Origin: Eledone cirrhosa | Lineage: Eukaryota | Length of the DNA: 64,000 nt | Assembly: GCA_964016885.1 (NCBI GenBank) | Contig: OZ024741.1 | Span: forward strand, 414,904,001-414,968,000 | Direction: 5' to 3' | Shown: positions 1 through 15,000 of the stretch, piece by piece | Layout of the letters: every line of letters begins with the position of its first letter | Position numbering within the stretch: the first letter of the stretch is position 1 | Made by a program: the position numbers and the translations under genes | The notes under the pieces: model-generated | Told to the model about the DNA's origin: nothing | Databases searched by the model: none | The model's input: the letters and a program-made list of their open reading frames with translations, nothing else

Positions 1-3000
1 ACAACATAGGTTTCTTACATAATATAGTGTAGTTTAGTAGAATAAGCTGGTACTGGGACACAACATAGGTTTCTTACATAATATAGTGTAGTTTAGTAGA
101 ATAAGCTGGTACTGGGACACAAAATAGGTTTCTTACATAATATAGTGTAGTTTAGTAGAATAAGCTGCTACTAGAACACAACATAGGTTTCTTACATAAT
201 ATAGTGTAGTTTAGTAGAATAAGCTGGTACTGGGACACAAAATAGGTTTCTTACATAATATAGTGTAGTTTAGTAGAATAAGCTGGTACTAGAACACAAC
301 ATAGGTTTCTTACATAATATAGTGTAGTTTAGTAGAATAAGCTGGTACTGGGACACAAAATAGGTTTCTTACATAATATAGTGTAGTTTAGTAGAATAAG
401 CTGCTACTAGAACACAACATAGGTTTCTTACATAATATAGTGTCGTTTAGTAGAATAAGCTGGTACTGGGACACAACATAGGTTTCTTACATAATATAGT
501 GTAGTTTAGTAGAATAAGCTGCTACTAGAACACAACATAGGTTTCTTACATAATATAGTGTAGTTTAGTAGAATAAGCTGGTACTAGAACACAACATAGG
601 TTTCTTACATAATATAGTGTAGTTTAGTAGAATAAGCTGCTACTAGAACACAACATAGGTTTCTTACATAATATAGTGTAGTTTAGTAGAATAAGCTGGT
701 ACTAGAACACAACATAGGTTTCTTACATAATATAGTGTAGTTTAGTAGAATAAGCTGGTACTGGGACACAACATAGGTTTCTTACATAATATAGTGTAGT
801 TTAGAAGAATAAGCTGGTACTGGGACACAACATAGGTTTCTTACATAATATGGTGTAGTTTAGTAGAATAAGCTGGTACTGGGACACAACATAGGTTTCT
901 TACATAATATAGTGTAGTTTAGTAGAATAAGCTGGTACTAGAACACAACATAGGTTTCTCACATAATATAGCGTAGTTTAGTAGAATAAGTTGGTACTTG
1001 AACACAACATAGGTTTCTTACATAATATAGTGTAGTTTAGTAGAATAAGCTGGTACTGGGACACAACATAGGTTTCTTACATAATATAGTGTAGTTTAGT
1101 AGAATAAGCTGGTACTGGGACACAACATAGGTTTCTTACATAATATAGTGTAGTTTAGTAGAATAAGCTGGTACTAGAACACAACATAGGTTTCTCACAT
1201 AATATAGCATAGTTTAGTAGAATAAGTTGGTACTTGAACACAACATAGGTTTCTTACATAATATAGTGTAGTTTAGTAGAATAAGCTGGTACTGGGACAC
1301 AACATAGGTTTCTTACATAATATAGTGTAGTTTAGTAGAATAAGCTGGTACTGGTACACAACATAGGTTTCTTACATAATATAGTGTAGTTTAGTAGAAT
1401 AAGCTGGTACCGGGACACAACATAGGTTTCTTACATAATATAGTGAGGTTTAGTAGAATAAGCTGGTACTAGAACACAACATAGGCTTCCCACATAATAT
1501 AGTGTAGTTTAGTAGAATAAGTTGGTACTTGAACACAACATAGGTTTCTTACATAATATAGTGTAGTTTAGTAGAATAAGCTGGTACTGGGACACAACAT
1601 AGGTTTCTTACATAATATAGTGTAGTTTAGTAGAATAAGCTGGTACTGGTACACAACATAGGTTTCTTACATAATATAGTGTAGTTTAGTAGAATAAGCT
1701 GGTACCGAGACACAACATAGGTTTCTTACATAATATAGTGTGGTTTAGTAGAATAAGCTGGGACTGGGACACAACATAGGTTTCTTACATAATATAGTGT
1801 GGTTTAGTAGAATAAGCTGGGACTGGGACACAACATAGGTTTCTTACATAATATAGTGAGGTTTAGTAGAATAAGCTGGTACTAGAACACAACATAGGTT
1901 TCTTACATAATATAGTGTAGTTTAGTAGAATAAGATGGTACTAGAACACAACATAGGTTTGTTACATAATATAGTGAGGTTTAGTAGAATAAGCTGGTAC
2001 TGGTACACAACATAGGTTTCTTACATAATATAGTGTAGTTTAGTAGAATAAGCTGGTACTGGGACACAACATAGGTTTCTTACATAATATAGTGTAGATT
2101 AGTAGAATAAGCTGGTACTGGTACACAACATAGGTTTCTTACATACTATAGTGTAGTTTAGTAGAATAAGCTGGGACTAGGACACAACATAGGTTTCTTA
2201 CATAATATAGTGTAGTTTAGTAGAATAAGCTGGTACTGGTACACAACATAGGTTTCTTACATAATATAGTGTGGTTTAGTAGAATAAGCTGGTACTGGGA
2301 CACAACATAGGTTTCTCACATAATATAGTGTAGTTTAGTAGAATAAGCTGGGACTGGGACACAACATAGGTTTCTTACATAATATAGTGTAGTTTAGTAG
2401 AATAAGTTGGTACTAGAACACAACATAGGTTTCTTACATAATATCGTGTAGTTTAGTAGAATAAGCTGGGACTGGGACACAACATAGGTTTCTCACATAA
2501 TATAGTGTAGTTTAGTAGAATAAGCTGGGACTGGGACACAACATAGGTTTCTTACATAATATAGTGTAGTTTAGTAGAATAAGCTGGTACTGGGACACAA
2601 CATAGGTTTCTTACATAATATAGTGTAGTTTAGTAGAATAAGCTGCTACTAGAACACAACATAGGTTTCTTACATAATATAGTGTAGTTTAGGAGAATAA
2701 GCTGGTACTGGGACACAACATAGGTTTCTCACATAATATAGTGTAGTTTAGTAGAATAAGTTGGTACTAGAACACAACATAGGTTTCTTACATAATATCG
2801 TGTAGTTTAGTAGAATAAGCTGGGACTGGGACACAACATAGGTTTCTTACATAATATAGTGTAGTTTAGTAGAATAAGCTGGTACTAGAACACAACATAG
2901 GTTTCTCACATAATATAGTGTAGTTTAGTAGAATAAGTTGGTACTAGAACACAACATAGGTTTCTTACATAATATAGTGTAGTTTAGTAGAATAAGCTGG

Positions 3001-6000
3001 TACTGGGACACAACATAGGTTTCTTACATAATATAGTGTAGTTTAGTAGAATAAGCTGGTACTGCGACACAACATAGGTTTCTTACATAATATAGTGTAG
3101 TTTAGTAGAATAAGATGGTACTGGGACACAACATAGGTTTCTTACATAATATAGTGTGGTTTAGTAGAATAAGCTGGTACTGGTACACAACATAGATTTC
3201 TTACATAATATAGTGTAGTTTAGTAGAATAAGCTGGGACTGGGACACAACATAGGTTTCTTACATAATATAGTGTAGTTTAGTAGAATAAGCTGGTACTG
3301 GGACACAACATAGGTTTCTTACATAATATAGTGTAGTTTAGTAGAATAAGCTGGTACTGGGACACAAAATAGGTTTCTTACATAATATAGTGTAGTTTAG
3401 TAGAATAAGCTGCTACTAGAACACAACATAGGTTTCTTACATAATATAGTGTAGTTTAGTAGAATAAGCTGGTACTGGGACACAAAATAGGTTTCTTACA
3501 TAATATAGTGTAGTTTAGTAGAATAAGCTGGTACTAGAACACAACATAGGTTTCTTACATAATATAGTGTAGTTTAGTAGAATAAGCTGGTACTGGGACA
3601 CAAAATAGGTTTCTTACATAATATAGTGTAGTTTAGTAGAATAAGCTGCTACTAGAACACAACATAGGTTTCTTACATAATATAGTGTCGTTTAGTAGAA
3701 TAAGCTGGTACTGGGACACAACATAGGTTTCTTACATAATATAGTGTAGTTTAGTAGAATAAGCTGCTACTCGAACACAACATAGGTTTCTTACATAATA
3801 TAGTGTAGTTTAGTAGAATAAGCTGGTACTAGAACACAACATAGGTTTCTTACATAATATAGTGTAGTTTAGTAGAATAAGCTGGTACTGGGACACAACA
3901 TAGGTTTCTTACATAATATAGTGTAGTTTAGAAGAATAAGCTGGTACTGGGACACAACATAGGTTTCTTACATAATATGGTGTAGTTTAGTAGAATAAGC
4001 TGGTACTGGGACACAACATAGGTTTCTTACATAATATAGTGTAGTTTAGTAGAATAAGCTGGTACTGGGACACAACATAGGTTTCTTACATAATATAGTG
4101 AGGTTTAGTAGAATAAGCTGGTACTGGTACACAACATAGGTTTCTTACATAATATAGTGTGGTTTAGTAGAATAAGCTGGGACTGGGACACAACATAGGT
4201 TTCTTACATAATATAGTGTAGTTTAGTAGAATAAGCTGGTACTGGGACACAACATAGGTTTCTTACATAATATAGTGAGGTTTAGTAGAATAAGCTGGTA
4301 CTAGAACACAACATAGGTTTCTTACATAATATAGTGTGGTTTAGTAGAATAAGCTGGGACTGGGACACAACATAGGTTTCTTACATAATATAGTGTAGTT
4401 TAGTAGAATAAGCTGCTACTAGAACACAACATAGGTTTCTTACATAATATAGTGTAGTTTAGTAGAATAAGCTGGTACTGGGACACAACATAGGTTTCTT
4501 ACATAATATAGTGTAGTTTAGTAGAATAAGCTGCTACTAGAACACAACATAGGTTTCTTACATAATATAGTGTAGTTTAGTAGAATAAGCTGGTACTAGA
4601 ACACAACATAGGTTTCTTACATAATATAGTGTGGTTTAGTAGAATAAGCTGGTACTGGGACACAACATAGGTTTCTTACATAACATAGTGTAGTTTAGTA
4701 GAATAAGCTGGTACTGGGACACAACATAGGTTTCTTACATAATATAGTGTAGTTTAGTAGAATAAGCTGGTACTGGGACACAACATAGGTTTCTTACATA
4801 ATATAGTGAGATTTAGTAGAATACGCTGCTACTGGGACACAACATAGGTTTCTTACATAATATAGTGTAGTTTAGTAGAATAAGCTGGTACTGGGACACA
4901 ACATAGGTTTCTTACATAATATAGTGAGATTTAGTAGAATAAGCTGCTACTGGGACACAACATAGGTTTCTTACATAATATAGTGTAGTTTAGTAGAATA
5001 AGCTGGTACTGGGACACAACATAGGTTTCTTACATAATATAGTGTAGTTTAGTAGAATAAGCTGGTACTAGAACACAACATAGGTTTCTCACATAATATA
5101 GCGTAGTTTAGTAGAATAAGTTGGTACTTGAACACAACATAGGTTTCTTACATAATATAGTGTAGTTTAGTAGAATAAGCTGGTACTGGGACACAACATA
5201 GGTTTCTTACATAATATAGTGTAGTTTAGTAGAATAAGCTGGTACTGGGACACAACATAGGTTTCTTACATAATATAGTGTAGTTTAGTAGAATAAGCTG
5301 GTACTAGAACACAACATAGGTTTCTCACATAATATAGCGTAGTTTAGTAGAATAAGTTGGTACTTGAACACAACATAGGTTTCTTACATAATATAGTGTA
5401 GTTTAGTAGAATAAGCTGGTACTGGGACACAACATAGGTTTCTTACATAATATAGTGTAGTTTAGTAGAATAAGCTGGTACTGGTACACAACATAGGTTT
5501 CTTACATAATATAGTGTAGTTTAGTAGAATAAGCTGGTACCGGGACACAACATAGGTTTCTTACATAATATAGTGAGGTTTAGTAGAATAAGCTGGTACT
5601 AGAACACAACATAGGCTTCCCACATAATATAGTGTAGTTTAGTAGAATAAGTTGGTACTTGAACACAACATAGGTTTCTTACATAATATAGTGTAGTTTA
5701 GTAGAATAAGCTGGTACTGGGACACAACATAGGTTTCTTACATAATATAGTGTAGTTTAGTAGAATAAGCTGGTACTGGTACACAACATAGGTTTCTTAC
5801 ATAATATAGTGTAGTTTAGTAGAATAAGCTGGTACCGAGACACAACATAGGTTTCTTACATAATATAGTGTGGTTTAGTAGAATAAGCTGGGACTGGGAC
5901 ACAACATAGGTTTCTTACATAATATAGTGTGGTTTAGTAGAATAAGCTGGGACTGGGACACAACATAGGTTTCTTACATAATATAGTGAGGTTTAGTAGA

Positions 6001-9000
6001 ATAAGCTGGTACTAGAACACAACATAGGTTTCTTACATAATATAGTGTAGTTTAGTAGAATAAGATGGTACTAGAACACAACATAGGTTTGTTACATAAT
6101 ATAGTGAGGTTTAGTAGAATAAGCTGGTACTGGTACACAACATAGGTTTCTTACATAATATAGTGTAGTTTAGTAGAATAAGCTGGTACTGGGACACAAC
6201 ATAGGTTTCTTACATAATATAGTGTAGATTAGTAGAATAAGCTGGTACTGGTACACAACATAGGTTTCTTACATACTATAGTGTAGTTTAGTAGAATAAG
6301 CTGGGACTAGGACACAACATAGGTTTCTTACATAATATAGTGTAGTTTAGTAGAATAAGCTGGTACTGGTACACAACATAGGTTTCTTACATAATATAGT
6401 GTGGTTTAGTAGAATAAGCTGGTACTGGGACACAACATAGGTTTCTCACATAATATAGTGTAGTTTAGTAGAATAAGCTGGGACTGGGACACAACATAGG
6501 TTTCTTACATAATATAGTGTAGTTTAGTAGAATAAGTTGGTACTAGAACACAACATAGGTTTCTTACATAATATCGTGTAGTTTAGTAGAATAAGCTGGG
6601 ACTGGGACACAACATAGGTTTCTCACATAATATAGTGTAGTTTAGTAGAATAAGCTGGGACTGGGACACAACATAGGTTTCTTACATAATATAGTGTAGT
6701 TTAGTAGAATAAGCTGGTACTGGGACACAACATAGGTTTCTTACATAATATAGTGTAGTTTAGTAGAATAAGCTGCTACTAGAACACAACATAGGTTTCT
6801 TACATAATATAGTGTAGTTTAGGAGAATAAGCTGGTACTGGGACACAACATAGGTTTCTCACATAATATAGTGTAGTTTAGTAGAATAAGTTGGTACTAG
6901 AACACAACATAGGTTTCTTACATAATATCGTGTAGTTTAGTAGAATAAGCTGGGACTGGGACACAACATAGGTTTCTTACATAATATAGTGTAGTTTAGT
7001 AGAATAAGCTGGTACTAGAACACAACATAGGTTTCTCACATAATATAGTGTAGTCTAGTAGAATAAGTTGGTACTAGAACACAACATAGGTTTCTTACAT
7101 AATATAGTGTAGTTTAGTAGAATAAGCTGGTACTGGGACACAACATAGGTTTCTTACATAATATAGTGTAGTTTAGTAGAATAAGCTGGTACTGCGACAC
7201 AACATAGGTTTCTTACATAATATAGTGTAGTTTAGTAGAATAAGATGGTACTGGGACATAACATAGGTTTCTTACATAATATAGTGTGGTTTAGTAGAAT
7301 AAGCTGGTACTGGTACACAACATAGATTTCTTACATAATATAGTGTAGTTTAGTAGAATAAGCTGGGACTGGGACACAACATAGGTTTCTTACATAATAT
7401 AGTGTAGTTTAGTAGAATAAGCTGGTACTGGGACACAACATAGGTTTCTTACATAATATAGTGTAGTTTAGTAGAATAAGCTGGTACTGGGACACAAAAT
7501 AGGTTTCTTACATAATATAGTGTAGTTTAGTAGAAAAAGCTGCTACTAGAACACAACATAGGTTTCTTACATAATATAGTGTAGTTTAGTAGAATAAGCT
7601 GGTACTGGGACACAAAATAGGTTTCTTACATAATATAGTGTAGTTTAGTAGAATAAGCTGGTACTAGAACACAACATAGGTTTCTTACATAATATAGTGT
7701 AGTTTAGTAGAATAAGCTGGTACTGGGACACAACATAGGTTTCTTACATAATATAGTGAGGTTTAGTAGAATAAGCTGGTACTGGTACACAACATAGGTT
7801 TCTTACATAATATAGTGTGGTTTAGTAGAATAAGCTGGGACTGGGACACAACATAGGTTTCTTACATAATATAGTGAGGTTTAGTAGAATAAGCTGGTAC
7901 TGGTACACAACATAGGTTTCTTACATAATATAGTGTGGTTTAGTAGAATAAGCTGGGACTGGGACACAACATAGGTTTCTTACATAATATAGTGTAGTTT
8001 AGTAGAATAAGCTGGTACTGGGACACAACATAGGTTTCTTACATAATATAGTGAGGTTTAGTAGAATAAGCTGGTACTAGAACACAACATAGGTTTCTTA
8101 CATAATATAGTGTGGTTTAGTAGAATAAGCTGGGACTGGGACACAACATAGGTTTCTTACATAATATAGTGTAGTTTAGTAGAATAAGCTGCTACTAGAA
8201 CACAACATAGGTTTCTTACATAATATAGTGTAGTTTAGTAGAATAAGCTGGTACTGGGACACAACATAGGTTTCTTACATAATATAGTGTAGTTTAGTAG
8301 AATAAGCTGCTACTAGAACACAACATAGGTTTCTTACATAATATAGTGTAGTTTAGTAGAATAAGCTGGTACTAGAACACAACATAGGTTTCTTACATAA
8401 TATAGTGTGGTTTAGTAGAATAAGCTGGTACTGGGACACAACATAGGTTTCTTACATAACATAGTGTAGTTTAGTAGAATAAGCTGGTACTGGGACACAA
8501 CATAGGTTTCTTACATAATATAGTGTAGTTTAGTAGAATAAGCTGGTACTGGGACACAACATAGGTTTCTTACATAATATAGTGAGATTTAGTAGAATAC
8601 GCTGCTACTGGGACACAACATAGGTTTCTTACATAATATAGTGTAGTTTAGTAGAATAAGCTGGTACTGGGACACAACATAGGTTTCTTACATAATATAG
8701 TGAGATTTAGTAGAATAAGCTGCTACTGGGACACAACATAGGTTTCTTACATAATATAGTGTAGTTTAGTAGAATAAGCTGGTACTGGGACACAACATAG
8801 GTTTCTTACATAATATAGTGTAGTTTAGTAGAATAAGCTGGTACTAGAACACAACATAGGTTTCTCACATAATATAGCGTAGTTTAGTAGAATAAGTTGG
8901 TACTTGAACACAACATAGGTTTCTTACATAATATAGTGTAGTTTAGTAGAATAAGCTGGTACTGGGACACAACATAGGTTTCTTACATAATATAGTGTAG

Positions 9001-12000
9001 TTTAGTAGAATAAGCTGGTACTGGGACACAACATAGGTTTCTTACATAATATAGTGTAGTTTAGTAGAATAAGCTGGTACTAGAACACAACATAGGTTTC
9101 TCACATAATATAGCGTAGTTTAGTAGAATAAGTTGGTACTTGAACACAACATAGGTTTCTTACATAATATAGTGTAGTTTAGTAGAATAAGCTGGTACTG
9201 GGACACAACATAGGTTTCTTACATAATATAGTGTAGTTTAGTAGAATAAGCTGGTACTGGTACACAACATAGGTTTCTTACATAATATAGTGTAGTTTAG
9301 TAGAATAAGCTGGTACCGGGACACAACATAGGTTTCTTACATAATATAGTGAGGTTTAGTAGAATAAGCTGGTACTAGAACACAACATAGGCTTCCCACA
9401 TAATATAGTGTAGTTTAGTAGAATAAGTTGGTACTTGAACACAACATAGGTTTCTTACATAATATAGTGTAGTTTAGTAGAATAAGCTGGTACTGGGACA
9501 CAACATAGGTTTCTTACATAATATAGTGTAGTTTAGTAGAATAAGCTGGTACTGGTACACAACATAGGTTTCTTACATAATATAGTGTAGTTTAGTAGAA
9601 TAAGCTGGTACCGAGACACAACATAGGTTTCTTACATAATATAGTGTGGTTTAGTAGAATAAGCTGGGACTGGGACACAACATAGGTTTCTTACATAATA
9701 TAGTGTGGTTTAGTAGAATAAGCTGGGACTGGGACACAACATAGGTTTCTTACATAATATAGTGAGGTTTAGTAGAATAAGCTGGTACTAGAACACAACA
9801 TAGGTTTCTTACATAATATAGTGTAGTTTAGTAGAATAAGATGGTACTAGAACACAACATAGGTTTGTTACATAATATAGTGAGGTTTAGTAGAATAAGC
9901 TGGTACTGGTACACAACATAGGTTTCTTACATAATATAGTGTAGTTTAGTAGAATAAGCTGGTACTGGGACACAACATAGGTTTCTTACATAATATAGTG
10001 TAGATTAGTAGAATAAGCTGGTACTGGTACACAACATAGGTTTCTTACATACTATAGTGTAGTTTAGTAGAATAAGCTGGGACTAGGACACAACATAGGT
10101 TTCTTACATAATATAGTGTAGTTTAGTAGAATAAGCTGGTACTGGTACACAACATAGGTTTCTTACATAATATAGTGTGGTTTAGTAGAATAAGCTGGTA
10201 CTGGGACACAACATAGGTTTCTCACATAATATAGTGTAGTTTAGTAGAATAAGCTGGGACTGGGACACAACATAGGTTTCTTACATAATATAGTGTAGTT
10301 TAGTAGAATAAGTTGGTACTAGAACACAACATAGGTTTCTTACATAATATCGTGTAGTTTAGTAGAATAAGCTGGGACTGGGACACAACATAGGTTTCTC
10401 ACATAATATAGTGTAGTTTAGTAGAATAAGCTGGGACTGGGACACAACATAGGTTTCTTACATAATATAGTGTAGTTTAGTAGAATAAGCTGGTACTGGG
10501 ACACAACATAGGTTTCTTACATAATATAGTGTAGTTTAGTAGAATAAGCTGCTACTAGAACACAACATAGGTTTCTTACATAATATAGTGTAGTTTAGGA
10601 GAATAAGCTGGTACTGGGACACAACATAGGTTTCTCACATAATATAGTGTAGTTTAGTAGAATAAGTTGGTACTAGAACACAACATAGGTTTCTTACATA
10701 ATATCGTGTAGTTTAGTAGAATAAGCTGGGACTGGGACACAACATAGGTTTCTTACATAATATAGTGTAGTTTAGTAGAATAAGCTGGTACTAGAACACA
10801 ACATAGGTTTCTCACATAATATAGTGTAGTCTAGTAGAATAAGTTGGTACTAGAACACAACATAGGTTTCTTACATAATATAGTGTAGTTTAGTAGAATA
10901 AGCTGGTACTGGGACACAACATAGGTTTCTTACATAATATAGTGTAGTTTAGTAGAATAAGCTGGTACTGCGACACAACATAGGTTTCTTACATAATATA
11001 GTGTAGTTTAGTAGAATAAGATGGTACTGGGACATAACATAGGTTTCTTACATAATATAGTGTGGTTTAGTAGAATAAGCTGGTACTGGTACACAACATA
11101 GATTTCTTACATAATATAGTGTAGTTTAGTAGAATAAGCTGGGACTGGGACACAACATAGGTTTCTTACATAATATAGTGTAGTTTAGTAGAATAAGCTG
11201 GTACTGGGACACAACATAGGTTTCTTACATAATATAGTGTAGTTTAGTAGAATAAGCTGGTACTGGGACACAAAATAGGTTTCTTACATAATATAGTGTA
11301 GTTTAGTAGAAAAAGCTGCTACTAGAACACAACATAGGTTTCTTACATAATATAGTGTAGTTTAGTAGAATAAGCTGGTACTGGGACACAAAATAGGTTT
11401 CTTACATAATATAGTGTAGTTTAGTAGAATAAGCTGGTACTAGAACACAACATAGGTTTCTTACATAATATAGTGTAGTTTAGTAGAATAAGCTGGTACT
11501 GGGACACAAAATAGGTTTCTTACATAATATAGTGTAGTTTAGTAGAATAAGCTGCTACTAGAACACAACATAGGTTTCTTACATAATATAGTGTAGTTTA
11601 GTAGAATAAGCTGGTACTGGGACACAACATAGGTTTCTTACATAATATAGTGTAGTTTAGTAGAATAAGCTGCTACTAGAACACAACATAGGTTTCTTAC
11701 ATAATATAGTGTAGTTTAGTAGAATAAGCTGGTACTAGAACACAACATAGGTTTCTTACATAATATAGTGTAGTTTAGTAGAATAAGCTGGTACTGGGAC
11801 ACAACATAGGTTTCTTACATAATATAGTGTAGTTTAGAAGAATAAGCTGGTACTGGGACACAACATAGGTTTCTTACATAATATGGTGTAGTTTAGTAGA
11901 ATAAGCTGGTACTGGGACACAACATAGGTTTCTTACATAATATAGTGTAGTTTAGTAGAATAAGCTGGTACTGGGACACAACTTAGGTTTCTTACATAAT

Positions 12001-15000
12001 ATAGTGTAGTTTAGAAGAATAAGCTGGTTCTGGGACACAACATAGGTTTCTTACATAATATAGTGTAGTTTAGTAGAATAAGCTGGTACTGGTACACAAC
12101 ATAGGTTTCTTACATAATATAGTGTAGTTTAGTAGAATAAGCTGGTACTGGGACACAACTTAGGTTTCTTACATAATATAGTGTAGTTTAGTAGAAAAAG
12201 CTGGTACTGGTACACAACATAGGTTTCTTACATAATATAGTGTAGTTTAGTAGAATAAGCTGGTACTGGGACACAACATAGGTTTCTTACATAATATAGT
12301 GAGATTTAGTAGAATAAGCTGGTACTGGGACACAACATAGGTTTCTTACATAATATAGTGTAGTTTAGTAGAATAAGCTGCTACTAGAACACAACATAGG
12401 TTTCTTACATAATATAGTGTAGTTTAGTAGAATAAGCTGGTACTGGGACACAACATAGGTTTCTTACATAATATAGTGAGGTTTAGTAGAATAAGCTGGT
12501 ACTAGAACACAACATAGGCTTCCCACATAATATAGTGTAGTTTAGTAGAATAAGTTGGTACTTGAACACAACATAGGTTTCTTACATAATATAGTGTAGT
12601 TTAGTAGAATAAGCTGGTACTGGGACACAACATAGGTTTCTTACATAATATAGTGTAGTTTAGTAGAATAAGCTGGTACTGGTACACAACATAGGTTTCT
12701 TACATAATATAGTGTAGTTTAGTAGAATAAGCTGGTACCGAGACACAACATAGGTTTCTTACATAATATAGTGTGGTTTAGTAGAATAAGCTGGGACTGG
12801 GACACAACATAGGTTTCTTACATAATATAGTGTGGTTTAGTAGAATAAGCTGGGACTGGGACACAACATAGGTTTCTTACATAATATAGTGAGGTTTAGT
12901 AGAATAAGCTGGTACTAGAACACAACATAGGTTTCTTACATAATATAGTGTAGTTTAGTAGAATAAGATGGTACTAGAACACAACATAGGTTTGTTACAT
13001 AATATAGTGAGGTTTAGTAGAATAAGCTGGTACTGGTACACAACATAGGTTTCTTACATAATATAGTGTAGTTTAGTAGAATAAGCTGGTACTGGGACAC
13101 AACATAGGTTTCTTACATAATATAGTGTAGATTAGTAGAATAAGCTGGTACTGGTACACAACATAGGTTTCTTACATACTATAGTGTAGTTTAGTAGAAT
13201 AAGCTGGGACTAGGACACAACATAGGTTTCTTACATAATATAGTGTAGTTTAGTAGAATAAGCTGGTACTGGTACACAACATAGGTTTCTTACATAATAT
13301 AGTGTGGTTTAGTAGAATAAGCTGGTACTGGGACACAACATAGGTTTCTCACATAATATAGTGTAGTTTAGTAGAATAAGCTGGGACTGGGACACAACAT
13401 AGGTTTCTTACATAATATAGTGTAGTTTAGTAGAATAAGTTGGTACTAGAACACAACATAGGTTTCTTACATAATATCGTGTAGTTTAGTAGAATAAGCT
13501 GGGACTGGGACACAACATAGGTTTCTCACATAATATAGTGTAGTTTAGTAGAATAAGCTGGGACTGGGACACAACATAGGTTTCTTACATAATATAGTGT
13601 AGTTTAGTAGAATAAGCTGGTACTGGGACACAACATAGGTTTCTTACATAATATAGTGTAGTTTAGTAGAATAAGCTGCTACTAGAACACAACATAGGTT
13701 TCTTACATAATATAGTGTAGTTTAGGAGAATAAGCTGGTACTGGGACACAACATAGGTTTCTCACATAATATAGTGTAGTTTAGTAGAATAAGTTGGTAC
13801 TAGAACACAACATAGGTTTCTTACATAATATCGTGTAGTTTAGTAGAATAAGCTGGGACTGGGACACAACATAGGTTTCTTACATAATATAGTGTAGTTT
13901 AGTAGAATAAGCTGGTACTAGAACACAACATAGGTTTCTCACATAATATAGTGTAGTTTAGTAGAATAAGTTGGTACTAGAACACAACATAGGTTTCTTA
14001 CATAATATAGTGTAGTTTAGTAGAATAAGCTGGTACTGGGACACAACATAGGTTTCTTACATAATATAGTGTAGTTTAGTAGAATAAGCTGGTACTGCGA
14101 CACAACATAGGTTTCTTACATAATATAGTGTAGTTTAGTAGAATAAGATGGTACTGGGACACAACATAGGTTTCTTACATAATATAGTGTGGTTTAGTAG
14201 AATAAGCTGGTACTGGTACACAACATAGATTTCTTACATAATATAGTGTAGTTTAGTAGAATAAGCTGGGACTGGGACACAACATAGGTTTCTTACATAA
14301 TATAGTGTAGTTTAGTAGAATAAGCTGGTACTGGGACACAACATAGGTTTCTTACATAATATAGTGTAGTTTAGTAGAATAAGCTGGTACTGGGACACAA
14401 AATAGGTTTCTTACATAATATAGTGTAGTTTAGTAGAATAAGCTGCTACTAGAACACAACATAGGTTTCTTACATAATATAGTGTAGTTTAGTAGAATAA
14501 GCTGGTACTGGGACACAAAATAGGTTTCTTACATAATATAGTGTAGTTTAGTAGAATAAGCTGGTACTAGAACACAACATAGGTTTCTTACATAATATAG
14601 TGTAGTTTAGTAGAATAAGCTGGTACTGGGACACAAAATAGGTTTCTTACATAATATAGTGTAGTTTAGTAGAATAAGCTGCTACTAGAACACAACATAG
14701 GTTTCTTACATAATATAGTGTCGTTTAGTAGAATAAGCTGGTACTGGGACACAACATAGGTTTCTTACATAATATAGTGTAGTTTAGTAGAATAAGCTGC
14801 TACTAGAACACAACATAGGTTTCTTACATAATATAGTGTAGTTTAGTAGAATAAGCTGGTACTAGAACACAACATAGGTTTCTTACATAATATAGTGTAG
14901 TTTAGTAGAATAAGCTGGTACTGGGACACAACATAGGTTTCTTACATAATATAGTGTAGTTTAGAAGAATAAGCTGGTACTGGGACACAACATAGGTTTC